Below are positions 11,001 to 19,552 of a stretch of 64,000 nucleotides of DNA, piece by piece. Positions within the stretch are counted from its first letter, which is position 1. The number at the start of each line of letters is the position of its first letter. The DNA comes from Bacteroidota bacterium. Its GTDB lineage: Bacteria; Bacteroidota; Ignavibacteria; UBA10030. The stretch spans positions 8,882-72,881 of the forward strand of contig DATLYT010000110.1 in NCBI GenBank assembly GCA_035574455.1, given 5' to 3'. A program made the position numbers and the translations under genes. Below the pieces are notes generated by a model, which saw only the letters and a list, made by a program, of their open reading frames with translations, was not told the DNA's origin and searched no databases.

Positions 11001-13655
11001 GTCGTTGTACTGCACGAAACAGTTCGACACTTCGCGGAAGGCAGAGTTATTTACTGCCCGGAGTCCTTCATTTCCATTATATCGGATGAAGCTGTTCCTC
11101 GCTGTCACGTCCGATGGGCGATTCCCTTCGACATAGATGCCGTACGAAGCGTTGCTATCGATGGTGCATCCTTCAAAAGTGACTTTGCTATCCCCGATAC
11201 GGATCCCCATGCTGCTTGACCGCCGTGACACAATATTCCGGATCGGTGTCACTAAATCGACATTGTTCTCAATCCAGAGATTCCCAACATTATCCATCCC
11301 TCCGTACTTGAAGAGAACATTACTCAGTACCGAGTTATTCACGGTGTTGATGCGCAACCGAATGTAGCGCCAGTCGTTGGGCGCTGGAGCAGAATTATCC
11401 GTTGCTGCGTTGGTTTTTCCGCCATAAGAGGCGTCACGGTAGGAGGTGAAGACGATGGGATTAGCGCTTGTGGCGTTTGCAATTAACGTCCCTTCCACGC
11501 GCCAGTACTGACCCGGGTTCATCTTGATGATGACGCCTGGTTCAATAACCAGTGTCTCCCCTGGTCGAATACCCCAACCCGCGCTGTTGTCAATCATGAC
11601 ATAGGTCTTCGAGGTCATGCCCGCCGGTAAAGTGGCTTTCAATGTGTCCGAGAAGCTTTCTTCAAAGCGATCGATTCTCAGCGCAAGAGCGTTATTAAAG
11701 GTATTTCCCGATATGGTGTTGCCGCTATACGTGCTGCCGACACGGCCGAACAGAGCGATAGGGTACCGATTGCCCTGAAGGACGTTATTTCTGATGACCG
11801 CCTTCGAGGTCACTATGCCTTCTTGGCCGTTGTTGAGAATCGTGTCTCCTTCAATCGTCACGATGTTATCTACATTATAGCACCAGAGACCATATGCTCC
11901 GTTATTGGCAATGCGGTTGTAGGCGAAGGTCTGAGCGCCGGTCCCGTACCACAAATAGAGTCCACCGTTGATGTTGTTCGATACGTTAGAGCTATCCATC
12001 GAAACAAGCGTTGCACTCGGTGAACCTGCGTCGGCAACAATGCCATAACTATTACCCGTAAAGGTCGATTTTCGGACGGTGAAGCGGCAACTGCCGCTGT
12101 TCGCATAAATTCCATACCGTCCATTATTGACAGCCGAGATTGCATAAAAAGTAGGGCTTGCAGATTGGATTAAAATGCCGTCGAGACTGTTTGATCCAAA
12201 CGAACTGTTCGACACAGAGGCATTCGCGCCATTATAGAAAAACGCTCCGTAGTATGAACTTTGTGTACTCGTCAGGTTAGTAATGGTCGGCGTTGAGCTT
12301 TCCACGCGAACATTGCCATTTCCGCTTGATCCGCCAAACCGGAAGAGACAGTGACTGAGCGCGCTGATGTTATTTCCACCACCCCGGAGCCAGACCATAT
12401 CCCAATTCCCACGTGCAGGCAGCGTTGCACCAGCATCGCCATTCGAATCTCCACCATACGGATCGTCCTTCTCAGAAGTAAACACGATGAGGTTGGCGGA
12501 GGTACCGTTGGCAATAATCGTCCCGTCTACCGTGAGCCGCGCGGTTGCAGCAAACTTGACGATGACACCGGGGAGGATGATCAAGGTATCACCGCTTGTA
12601 ACGTTAACGCTATTCTTCACCCAGAAAACACCACTGCTCCAGGTCGTTGTCGTTGTGATGTTGGCCGTAATGTTCGTAACAGGCAGCGGCGTCGCGAGGA
12701 TAACCCATGGTTGAAAATCGACATTATCGCTTACGCGATCGCCAAGTCCTGTCGGATTCGTGCCGGGATGATACGGACCCAGTTCGCTCCCCCAATAATT
12801 GTTCCGAGCCAAGACCGTAGTTGTGGTACTCGTATTGAGAAATCCCCAGGTGACGTTGTTGCGGATCGTGTCCTGTGAAATCGTCGGTTGTGTAGAACCC
12901 ACCTGTGTGAACTGAATACCGATGTTGTTATAGCGAATATTATTGCGCTGAACGGTCGGAGAAGCGCTGCCGTCGATGAAGATACCGATACCGTTCGAAT
13001 CGATTCGACTGTTCGTAATGGTCGGGGAAGAGTTAATCGGGACGCGTACTCCGCCTGCGGTATTCTGGATAACGGTACACGAATCGACGATGAAGTTCGA
13101 GAGGAGGTCACTGTACACGCCATAGCCGCTGTTTTGTTGAAAGGTCGAATTGGAAATACGAGGCGATGAGGCACGTGTATTAACGCCATGGCCGGCATTC
13201 GAGCGAAAGAGCACGTAGGAGAGGCCGATATTCGGGGCGCCTGTTTTATAGAACATCCCCGCGGCGTTCGTGCCGCCCCCTGCATACTCCACGACGCAAT
13301 GCTGGAGGGCGGAGTTGACGTCGGCGGTACTTTGAAGCTCAACGCCATTCCAGCTCCCCGGCGTAGGAGAACCAAGGTTGGAGGTGAAGACGATAGGGTT
13401 TCCGGATGTGCCCAGGGCAACGATTTTTCCTGCAATCACAAGCATCTTCCCCGCATTGAACTTCACGGTCGTGCCGGGCTGGATCGTGAGGGTTCGCCCA
13501 GAGGGGACGTACACCGAATCCGCGATGACGGTACCCGCGGTCCACGTCGTATCCGATGCAATGGCGCCTGAGATGGGTGTTTGCCCAAAACTCCAGAGTG
13601 GGATGAGTGTGGAGATAGTGAACCCCAGTGCTCCCTTCAAGAGTCTGTTATGCAT
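8001..13655 (-). CDS. Giant (1884 aa) right-handed parallel beta-helix repeat protein with five tandem ~300-aa modules, a C-terminal dockerin-like double repeat, a cohesin-like module and a T9SS C-terminal sorting domain.
   Basis: N-terminal signal peptide MHNRLLKGALGFTISTLIPLWSFGQ. Recurrent PbH1-like turns (NNxGxGIxxxxS). Five copies of the module ..TLxIxPGxxIKF....GxLxAxGTSxNPIVFTSxxDxxxGGxTNxxxxxxPxPxDWxxIxL. Dockerin-like loops DVSQNGTISAFD and DVSGDGTVTAFD (about 8727-8894). Cohesin-like region about 8306-8654. C-terminus NYPNPFNPST..GVYFYRI. Confidence 0.85.
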   Translation of the reverse strand: MHNRLLKGALGFTISTLIPLWSFGQTPISGAIASDTTWTAGTVIADSVYVPSGRTLTIQPGTTVKFNAGKMLVIAGKIVALGTSGNPIVFTSNLGSPTPGSWNGVELQSTADVNSALQHCVVEYAGGGTNAAGMFYKTGAPNIGLSYVLFRSNAGHGVNTRASSPRISNSTFQQNSGYGVYSDLLSNFIVDSCTVIQNTAGGVRVPINSSPTITNSRIDSNGIGIFIDGSASPTVQRNNIRYNNIGIQFTQVGSTQPTISQDTIRNNVTWGFLNTSTTTTVLARNNYWGSELGPYHPGTNPTGLGDRVSDNVDFQPWVILATPLPVTNITANITTTTTWSSGVFWVKNSVNVTSGDTLIILPGVIVKFAATARLTVDGTIIANGTSANLIVFTSEKDDPYGGDSNGDAGATLPARGNWDMVWLRGGGNNISALSHCLFRFGGSSGNGNVRVESSTPTITNLTSTQSSYYGAFFYNGANASVSNSSFGSNSLDGILIQSASPTFYAISAVNNGRYGIYANSGSCRFTVRKSTFTGNSYGIVADAGSPSATLVSMDSSNVSNNINGGLYLWYGTGAQTFAYNRIANNGAYGLWCYNVDNIVTIEGDTILNNGQEGIVTSKAVIRNNVLQGNRYPIALFGRVGSTYSGNTISGNTFNNALALRIDRFEESFSDTLKATLPAGMTSKTYVMIDNSAGWGIRPGETLVIEPGVIIKMNPGQYWRVEGTLIANATSANPIVFTSYRDASYGGKTNAATDNSAPAPNDWRYIRLRINTVNNSVLSNVLFKYGGMDNVGNLWIENNVDLVTPIRNIVSRRSSSMGIRIGDSKVTFEGCTIDSNASYGIYVEGNRPSDVTARNSFIRYNGNEGLRAVNNSAFREVSNCFVQYNDGWGVGVDNGTIPQVFQGNTITNNGYGGIYNNSTVIATDLNYIGNTVSDHSGEGVLSSRARFIDNAIQRNRYPLAVWRRLGNIYTDNNGNDGNVISGNTYNNAIAVWDGPISDTLSVRFPAAITSRTYVAIYDIQVSNGTTLVIEPGVIMKFQQIPTNNWQTFDLYGTLKAEGTPGNPIIFTSWRDSTAGGKTTAVNDYVPPAPGDWYYLAFRDGSENSRIRHCQFRYGGRDNVQTVYIYRNHGSMVFSNNLVRRSMAAGIVIDNTPITIDSTTVDSSNTHGIRAYDRVSTNITLRHSKLLYNGRTAGAYGLWVEGQAKIAVMTNCEIVGNNGTGVYVENNTVPFSVISNLVSNNNGHGLYLVARNDAIDTLLIVADTKIRNNVITGLFSSRAYVVDDSITGNRYAIGAVGQISLAGTGTANGNVYQNVLISGNTYNDVLVTEETVFGLLGASFPPGYTSKVVAVRGGLFVPNGATLTIAPGTVIKFPREYVGGAAGGDGRFRVDGVLKSEGTSASKIVFTSWKDDSFGGDTNGDANATVPGPADWDMLYLNGASNNATHIFNTIVRYGGRTGNGNIRLDGTTAPIDSSGSSFSSNYGLYLLNSSPALSANEIHNNPTGILTQGSSNPVLRFNNIRDNSTYGFNNNTNITIDAINNYWGAASGPFVNQGTDQNLTGTGNRILLNPGAVTYRPFLTARSGILIGDVSQNGTISAFDAALVLQSVVSLYTLSPSQTIAADVSGDGTVTAFDASLILRYVVGLITGFPAGKLVGNETTAAFEFRTARPVADELHLTLRVDGSIPIYSTEIHLAYDSTQLAPVEVRKTVLSDSMMLFHNFQSLVARVALAGTVPTSNEGDLVTIVFKVKQQAPAFSLTFTRFLLNETNLTSQTGPVVVNVEQRREIPTTFELLQNYPNPFNPSTTLEYHLPVQSRVTLRVYDMLGQQIQTLVASEQPAGVYRVNWDGRNAAGHAVSSGVYFYRIDAVADDRWTYAASKKMILVK

Positions 13656-14157
13656 ATCAGCCTACCTTTCTTCAACAAGAAGACTTGGCGATGCTTGAAC
13701 TGCTACAGTATACGAATAGAGAGCTCGTTGACGGAAGAAGTTGCCGTGATGCACGCACCCGTGCTGAGTAGATGTCGAGAGGAAGGATGAGACGGAGCCA
13801 TTCCCCCGTGGCCTGCATCGGATGTCAATTGTCCGCGATGCTATCCGTGTGCTTATCGAAAGAAGTGTTCTGCTCTGCGCGCAGGTCTGCCGAGGTCAGA
13901 AATAGCGCAATCCTCGAATGACATTTTTCAGGAAATATCGACGATTGAGGATACATGAGATGCCTTCGAGACCGAGGGGAGTCCTGACGGCCTGGTCGGT
14001 TACGAGCGAACGTTACTGATCCCCCAATCAAAAATCAAGTCCCTTTTGGTTAAGAGATTGTCATAGAAGGTCGAGGTTGACCTAGAGCACAGGGAAGGTC
14101 GTAAACCACATTCTTGAAAAAAGCATTTCAAGAGAGATTGTTTTCACAAGTGGGCTA

Positions 14158-14994
14158 TTACCACCCAAATGCATAACTAAGCGCAAAGGTAGCGAGAAAT
14201 TGAGTCTTATGCGTTGAAAGCTCAGATTTCGGTGCATAGAGGAAATAGGGGTTAAACGTCAAGGATAGTTTCTGGCTCAGAGAATAAACCGCAATGAGAT
14301 GGAAGCTTACACTGCTCAAGCCGGTCACCGAAACTGTCGTAGCGGCAGTTCCGGCCTTGGGTAAGGCCTTGCCACTTTGACCTTTATTCTTGGCAAGAGT
14401 CGCCAACACCTCCTGTGACATCCAGGTTGCTTGGATGAGCGGAACGAAGGTAAGGTCGCCTAAGTTTTTCACGGTGGAAACGTTCATCCCGAAGTATCTG
14501 GCACCATTCGTCCCGTCATTTGCCCCAAAGAACGTGTCGTAGGAAAGGCCGACACTCACGATGTCGAAATCGGCATCAAGGGAAAATGAAAGGGAGTTCG
14601 AAAGTGAAGAGAGAATGCTGACGGTGTCGCTCTGATACTCGAAATGTGAAACCTCTGCCCCCAGCGTGAGCCAATCGGAAAAGGTGCGCTCGTATTCCAG
14701 TGCAATGGACCATTGCTGAAATCTCCCACCGCCACCGAGTACATAGATACCATCAAGCTCAAGCCCAAACCCGCTCGCGTGTGCGAGGCTGAAGGAGGGC
14801 TGTAAGGCGGAATTCCGATCGCTGAGCTCGATCCCATAACTCACGTACTGGCTTAGAAATCGGGTACCCAGCGTTGCATCCCATTGAGATTCCGGCTCCT
14901 CTTCTTGCGCGATGGTGGGCATTGAAACAACGATGAGAAAGACAGCAAGCATGAACACTCTTTGAGTTCTCAGGGGAATATCTGTTCTCACCAT
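14158..14994 (-). CDS. Hypothetical outer-membrane beta-barrel protein (278 aa).
   Basis: Signal peptide (MVRTDIPLRTQRVFMLAVFLIVVSMPTIAQ). Alternating amphipathic strands and an aromatic C-terminus (..LSYAFGW). No recognisable catalytic motif. Confidence 0.55.
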   Translation of the reverse strand: MVRTDIPLRTQRVFMLAVFLIVVSMPTIAQEEEPESQWDATLGTRFLSQYVSYGIELSDRNSALQPSFSLAHASGFGLELDGIYVLGGGGRFQQWSIALEYERTFSDWLTLGAEVSHFEYQSDTVSILSSLSNSLSFSLDADFDIVSVGLSYDTFFGANDGTNGARYFGMNVSTVKNLGDLTFVPLIQATWMSQEVLATLAKNKGQSGKALPKAGTAATTVSVTGLSSVSFHLIAVYSLSQKLSLTFNPYFLYAPKSELSTHKTQFLATFALSYAFGW

Positions 14995-15021
14995 GGCTTA
15001 GTGTTGAAAGTTAATCTGCGT

Positions 15022-15061
15022 GAAAATAAAAAATCTCTGCCTCGAATACTCGAGACAGAGA
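15022..15061 (-). terminator. Rho-independent terminator downstream of the 15100..15567 gene.
   Basis: Minus strand reads ATCTCTGtctcgagtattcgaggCAGAGAT followed by TTTTTTTATTTTC. Confidence 0.5.
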
Positions 15062-15099
15062 TTGTGAACATCATCATCGTCGGAAAGGCCAAGACCGAA

Positions 15100-15567
15100 T
15101 CAACGATTATTCTTCTTTTCAGCCTGAGCTGCTTTCTTTGCCGCCTTCTTCGCGCTCTTCGCAGCGCTCTTTGCTTCCTTTTCAGCGGCTTTCTCTGCAG
15201 CCTGCTGAGCCTGCTGTTCTTTCTTCTCCGCCTGCTCTAACTTCTTTGCGGCCTGTTCGGTCTTGCCTTTCTCCAGCATTTTCTCAGCTTGCTCACGTTT
15301 CTTCTCCGCTTGCTCCATCTTCTTTTCTGCTTGCTTCTCGTGAGCCTGCTGTTTGGCTTCCTGCTTCGCTTCTTTCTTCTCCATGTTTTGCGCTTTCATT
15401 TCCATACCCTTCTGAGCATTGGGAGAAGGCGTGGCAGGTACAGCTTTCTGCTGTTCAGCCTCCTTCGGCGGAGTTGCCGGAGTCGCAGGCTGAGCTTTAC
15501 TCTTGTCTTGGGCGAGCGCAAGACTCGAGATTAGCAATGCAATCACCAACATCACGAGTTTCTTCAT
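15100..15567 (-). CDS. Secreted low-complexity K/A/E/Q-rich coiled-coil protein (hypothetical periplasmic protein).
   Basis: Signal peptide MKKLVMLVIALLISSLALAQ directly after an AGGAGGG ribosome-binding site. A Pro/Thr-rich linker, then about 100 aa of EKKxEQAEKK / KKAAKKAA repeats. The ATG at 15567 is preferred over the track start at 15609. Confidence 0.55.
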   Translation of the reverse strand: MKKLVMLVIALLISSLALAQDKSKAQPATPATPPKEAEQQKAVPATPSPNAQKGMEMKAQNMEKKEAKQEAKQQAHEKQAEKKMEQAEKKREQAEKMLEKGKTEQAAKKLEQAEKKEQQAQQAAEKAAEKEAKSAAKSAKKAAKKAAQAEKKNNR

Positions 15568-15697
15568 AGCGAACCCTCCTGAAAAAGTAAGTAAACGATG
15601 AACTATCATTAAGTAACCCTAACGCACCGAAAAAGTCAAGCCCCCTGCCTCCTTTGACCCGCAATCGCAGGACAGTTGTGGCGCATATCACACAAAA

Positions 15698-16213
15698 TTA
15701 CTTTGCAGCGGCCACGACCTTCTCTTGTCGAGCAGTAAACGCCGTGAGTTCAAACAACCCGAACATCGCCGCGGTAAACGCCAGGTCTCCCACCACGCTG
15801 TTTTGGAAGAACGGAATGGCTGCGACGTAACAGGCCACGAGGCCCTCCCACGTTTTTGGGTACATCGTTCCGTTCAGCCAGACGGCGAAATTCGTTACGA
15901 TAAAAAAGAGCACTGAACTGGCGAGCGCGGCGCCCACAATCGGCAACGGACGCTTGTGCGAGCGAAGCCAAAGCCCGATGAAGCCTGTTGCGATGAAGCA
16001 TCCGTAGACCCACACCATGCCATCATGGAAGCCGATGAAGTAGTCGCTGATGAGCATTGCGGCAAGCGGGATGATGAATGCATAACGCTTGTCCAGATAG
16101 ACCGCGGAACTCAATGCAATCGCCGCGATGGGGGTAAAGTTCGGCGGATGTGGCAACAACCGCGCCAACGCAGCGGCGAGAACCAATCCAAATCCAAAGA
16201 TGAGATGTTTCAT
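15698..16213 (-). CDS. Small polytopic inner-membrane protein, DUF6580-like / ECF-transporter S-component-like; last gene of the riboswitch-controlled operon.
   Basis: MKHLIFGFGLVLAAALARLLPHPPNFTPIAAIAL... with about five predicted TM helices. AGGAGG ribosome-binding site 7 nt upstream of the ATG at 16213. The start overlaps the upstream gene's stop by 4 nt (16210..16213). Family assignment is from memory of the RLLPHPxNFTPI motif and is not verified. Confidence 0.6.
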   Translation of the reverse strand: MKHLIFGFGLVLAAALARLLPHPPNFTPIAAIALSSAVYLDKRYAFIIPLAAMLISDYFIGFHDGMVWVYGCFIATGFIGLWLRSHKRPLPIVGAALASSVLFFIVTNFAVWLNGTMYPKTWEGLVACYVAAIPFFQNSVVGDLAFTAAMFGLFELTAFTARQEKVVAAAK

Positions 16214-16902
16214 ACGACAACCTCCTGTGTGATAGGTGATGATTGAAGAACAGACCACTCTTGAATATCCAGGCCAACGTATGAATCGTACGCCTGTTTC
16301 TTCCAACGCTCGACCTGCAATTGCCCTTTCATCGCCGGGCTCTGAACAACCAGCGTGTGGTATTCTCCATGCTCTCCGAGAAGGTCAAGCCCCTTCGACC
16401 GGAGTTCATTGTGAAATTCATGATCCACCGCTTGCCCCAACCATCGTTCATGAAGCTTGCCGGTTTCCACCGCGACAATCAAACTTCGGAACTGATGCTG
16501 CTTCTCCAGAATCACTTCCGTCGACCATCCCCACAGCGGAAAAACCGGCGTTACGCCACACTCGTTGCAGACCCGTTCATTCCATACGCGGTGTTCCTCT
16601 AAATGGATATCGCCGAAGATTGCATAGTTGATTTTCTGAGGAGCAAGACTCTGCATGATGGCGCGCAGCCGCTGTTCATATTCCTCGCGGCCCACATACA
16701 CCTCCTGCAAGTACACTCCTGCAAGCCGAGCCTGGTCGCGAAGGACCCGCGGGGGTAGTCGATGCGAGAGCGAGGAACGCGTACGGGCATCAAAGAACGT
16801 CAACGCGAGGGCGATGTCGTACCCTTGAGACTGCGCTTCCATGAACGCCAGGTGGCTGTCTTTTCCACCGCTCCAAAGACAAAATGCTCGTTTGGCTTCC
16901 AT
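16210..16902 (-). CDS. PP-loop ATP pyrophosphatase of the Dph6 / DUF71 (MJ0570-like, diphthine-ammonia ligase-related) family.
   Basis: N-terminal PP-loop CLWSGGKDS and the family motif GEHGEYHTLVVQSP (compare EGGEYET in this family). The ATG lies 3 nt after the stop of the upstream TonB-receptor gene, suggesting translational coupling. Confidence 0.8.
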   Translation of the reverse strand: MEAKRAFCLWSGGKDSHLAFMEAQSQGYDIALALTFFDARTRSSLSHRLPPRVLRDQARLAGVYLQEVYVGREEYEQRLRAIMQSLAPQKINYAIFGDIHLEEHRVWNERVCNECGVTPVFPLWGWSTEVILEKQHQFRSLIVAVETGKLHERWLGQAVDHEFHNELRSKGLDLLGEHGEYHTLVVQSPAMKGQLQVERWKKQAYDSYVGLDIQEWSVLQSSPITQEVVV

Positions 16903-16905
16903 ATG

Positions 16906-19101
16906 TTAAAATGTATGATTCAACAGGTACCGAGCACTCACAAAGAATCCCCGCCCGCGTGTCGTAAAGCCGTTGATCTCAAGATACTTGGTATTGAAGA
17001 CATTTTCCACGCGTGCGGAAATCGACAGCTGGTCGCTCACCGCATAGTTCTGCACGAAGTCAACCACCGTGTAGGCATCGACAGGACGCGTTCCGAGCGC
17101 ACCGTAGGGACCGCGCTGGGCATCGTAGTACACATCCGGCCTTGCACCAGCATGGCGTAGGGCGAGTCGGGACATGAACTCCTCCGTTGGATGAAAGGTC
17201 ACAACCAGATTAGCGGTATTCGGCCTTCGGACGAGCTCCGCAGTTTCAACCGTACGAGTTAAGAACGCGCCGTTACTATAGAGCTGCACATGATGGCCTT
17301 GAGTCTTTTGCCGATCCAGGTTGCTCGGGTCATACCGGAGCTTTCCGGACACGAGGCTGAAGTTGCTGGAAAGCGACCAGACGTCGTTCAACCTTGCGTG
17401 AAGCGTGAATTCAAACCCGTCCGTTGTTTGCCTGCCGAGGTTGAGGTAGGTGTCGCCGCGGAAGTCATTCCGGCGAAAATCCGAGCCGAGCATCTCGATG
17501 GGAATATTTTGATTCCAGAGGTACACGTATTCGATGCTGTTGTTCACAACGGTGTGGAAGTAACTGGTGGTCATGCCAACGTCTTCACTCAGATCGATTT
17601 TCATTCCCAGTTCATACGACGAAGAAGATTCAGGCTGTAAGGCGTTGTTCCCGCGGGTGATGCCGGAAGAGAAATCCCGGTCGGGCGCGTAGAGTTGATA
17701 CAGCGATGGAGCACTGAAACCCATCGAGTACGACGCATACACCAGTCCGTGTTCGCTGACGCGGTAAGACGGATTCAGCTCCACACTGCGGTGATAGCCG
17801 AACGCATTGTGATGGGTCAGTCGAGCTCCAAGGCCGAGATTCCATTTCTGGAGTGCAGGATGGAACAACCCTCCCTTCATATCAAACCGTCCGAAAAGAT
17901 GTTTGACGGTCGCTTTCAGTCCCAGCGTATCGAGGTTTGTGGAAAATTCGAAGGGTCCGAAGATCGAGTTGGAGAAGAAATACGACTGCGAGCTCATGGT
18001 CTCCGCGTAGACTCCGCCGCCGAGAACGACCTCGAAGCGCGGATCCTGAACCACCGCCTGCACCTCGTGGGTGCTCATCGTGCCGGACCAGGCGTTTCGA
18101 GAATAGGTTTGGTCAGTTTTCCCGCTCGCGTCGACGACCGAAGAATCATCAACCGCCGTCCGCTTCATCTCCGAATATCCCCCGAGGAACTTCAAACGAA
18201 ATCGGTCGCTGAACCGATAGGAGGCACCGTAGGTGTACAGATAGCGAGAAAAATCCAACTTGGCGTTGTCATCGTCCCGGTAAGCCGCTTTGTCGATATC
18301 CTTCTCCTGGCGATGCCGTTTGAAGGCAACGTATGCATCCACCTCACGGTTGACAAATCCAACTTTACCGTAAAGATCCAGAGCATCCATTCCGTCCTTG
18401 TCGCGATTCTTGAAGGCAGACATCCGGCTCACGGTGTCGACGGTCGCATCGAGGCCGCGAACCCGATTGTTCACCGCTTCGAAGTTCGTGTAGAACCCGG
18501 ATGCTGTCGTCGCGTTGACAAACAGCTGCTGGCCAAAAAGCGATGTGCCGGATCCAAACGTTCCCGTCCAGATGTCTGCGTCGGCGTGAAGCCCCGGCGT
18601 CCATTGCTTGCGGGTGATCAGGTTGACCACACCGCCGACTGCTGACGAGCCGTAGAGTGTGCTGTGCGATCCGCGAACGATCTCGATGCGGTCAAAGCCA
18701 AACGGCAACAGCTCCGAGAGATCAAGGGCATTGTTCACACCCGACGGGTCGGTGATCCGCACATCATCGACAACGACCGCCGTTTGGTGACTCCCTGCCC
18801 CGCGCAGAAAGAGACTCTGTTGCGCGCCAAAGTTCTGGCCTGTTCCGACAATATACAAACCTTCTTTTTGAGAAATCGCTTCTGCTACGCTGTGGTACAC
18901 CGAACGCTTGACCTCATCGCCAAACAACACGCTCACACTGCGGCCTACCGTGCGCGGATCTCGTTCCGTGCGCGTCGCGGTAACAACGACTTCGGGCAAC
19001 CGGTAGGTTCTTACCGTATCTGGTGATACTGCTGGTTCCTGGGCACGTCCCTCAACCAGGATGAGGGCGCTGACAACCACGAGAAGTACAATGCTCTTCA
19101 T
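16906..19101 (-). CDS. btuB: TonB-dependent outer-membrane receptor, BtuB-like (putative corrinoid transporter).
   Basis: Signal peptide MKSIVLLVVVSALILVEGRAQ after a GGAGG ribosome-binding site. TonB box PEVVVTATR, plug and 22-strand barrel features, C-terminal ...NHTF. Preceded by a cobalamin riboswitch. The ATG at 19101 is preferred over the track start at 19326, which reads through the leader. Confidence 0.8.
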   Translation of the reverse strand: MKSIVLLVVVSALILVEGRAQEPAVSPDTVRTYRLPEVVVTATRTERDPRTVGRSVSVLFGDEVKRSVYHSVAEAISQKEGLYIVGTGQNFGAQQSLFLRGAGSHQTAVVVDDVRITDPSGVNNALDLSELLPFGFDRIEIVRGSHSTLYGSSAVGGVVNLITRKQWTPGLHADADIWTGTFGSGTSLFGQQLFVNATTASGFYTNFEAVNNRVRGLDATVDTVSRMSAFKNRDKDGMDALDLYGKVGFVNREVDAYVAFKRHRQEKDIDKAAYRDDDNAKLDFSRYLYTYGASYRFSDRFRLKFLGGYSEMKRTAVDDSSVVDASGKTDQTYSRNAWSGTMSTHEVQAVVQDPRFEVVLGGGVYAETMSSQSYFFSNSIFGPFEFSTNLDTLGLKATVKHLFGRFDMKGGLFHPALQKWNLGLGARLTHHNAFGYHRSVELNPSYRVSEHGLVYASYSMGFSAPSLYQLYAPDRDFSSGITRGNNALQPESSSSYELGMKIDLSEDVGMTTSYFHTVVNNSIEYVYLWNQNIPIEMLGSDFRRNDFRGDTYLNLGRQTTDGFEFTLHARLNDVWSLSSNFSLVSGKLRYDPSNLDRQKTQGHHVQLYSNGAFLTRTVETAELVRRPNTANLVVTFHPTEEFMSRLALRHAGARPDVYYDAQRGPYGALGTRPVDAYTVVDFVQNYAVSDQLSISARVENVFNTKYLEINGFTTRGRGFFVSARYLLNHTF

Positions 19102-19162
19102 ACAACCTCCGATAAATGATGGGTTGAACATTGGTACTTCGCGTGAACGATGGTTTGACTCC

Positions 19163-19200
19163 ACTATGCTCTCCAACAAAAAGCCCCAACCTTCCGAAGA
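19163..19200 (-). terminator. Intrinsic terminator (riboswitch expression platform) about 60 nt upstream of the btuB-like start codon.
   Basis: Minus strand reads GCCCCAATCTTC-TTCG-GAAGGTTGGGGC followed by TTTTTGTTGG: a 12-bp stem with a UUCG-like tetraloop and a U tract. Confidence 0.65.
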
Positions 19201-19289
19201 AGATTGGGGCAAGACTCGTGCAGAATGAGAATCAGCCACCTTCCCGCGAAGGCTTTCTGAAGATACATCGGCATGATTGAGCCGCCGAT

Positions 19290-19445
19290 GTGTTCGCGTC
19301 TGGCAGGTCTCCTGGCTCATGAGCATGACTGCAGTCGTACTCCCTTCCCATCCTTCGTGTACCTCCGGATAGTGGTTCTTCCGACTTTCTCATTTACAGT
19401 TGCGGGGCAGCTTCCGGTTTTCCGTCTGAAACGGATCACGGAATT
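19290..19445 (-). promoter_or_regulatory. Cobalamin (B12) riboswitch aptamer.
   Basis: Minus strand contains ..CCGGAAGCTGCCCCGCAACTGTAAATGAG.., then ..GGGAAGGGAG.., then the B12 box GAGCCAGGAGACCTGCC. These match conserved Rfam RF00174 core elements. It lies upstream of a TonB receptor with an intrinsic terminator between them. Confidence 0.8.
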
Positions 19446-19523
19446 CCCTTTTCATCCTCATCCCGATCTTAAGATCGGGAGAAGACACCAAACGCAGATG
19501 AAAAAGAACAAATGACCAACGCC

Positions 19524-19552
19524 AATATAGAGAACTTCTCTACCACAGTCAA
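19524..19552 (-). promoter_or_regulatory. Candidate sigma-70-type promoter for the riboswitch-btuB operon.
   Basis: Minus strand reads TTGACT-17 nt-TATATT about 80 nt upstream of the aptamer. It is not known whether this lineage uses this consensus. Confidence 0.3.

Noticed and set aside
13656-14157. Small ORF 13825..14031 and possible ncRNA in the 500-bp spacer upstream of the 1884-aa gene.
   Set aside because: No conserved structure, promoter-terminator pair or coding signature was found. It is most likely a plain promoter region.
15100-15567. Calling the K/A/E-rich protein Skp/OmpH or a histone H1-like protein.
   Set aside because: Composition is similar, but the protein has a signal peptide (which argues against a histone) and lacks the Skp beta-strand core. 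It is left as hypothetical.
19103-19326. N-terminal 75-aa extension of the TonB receptor ORF as called by the track (MLMSQETCQTRTH...).
   Set aside because: This stretch is the riboswitch expression platform and terminator. The true start is the ATG at 19101, preceded by GGAGG and followed by a canonical signal peptide.
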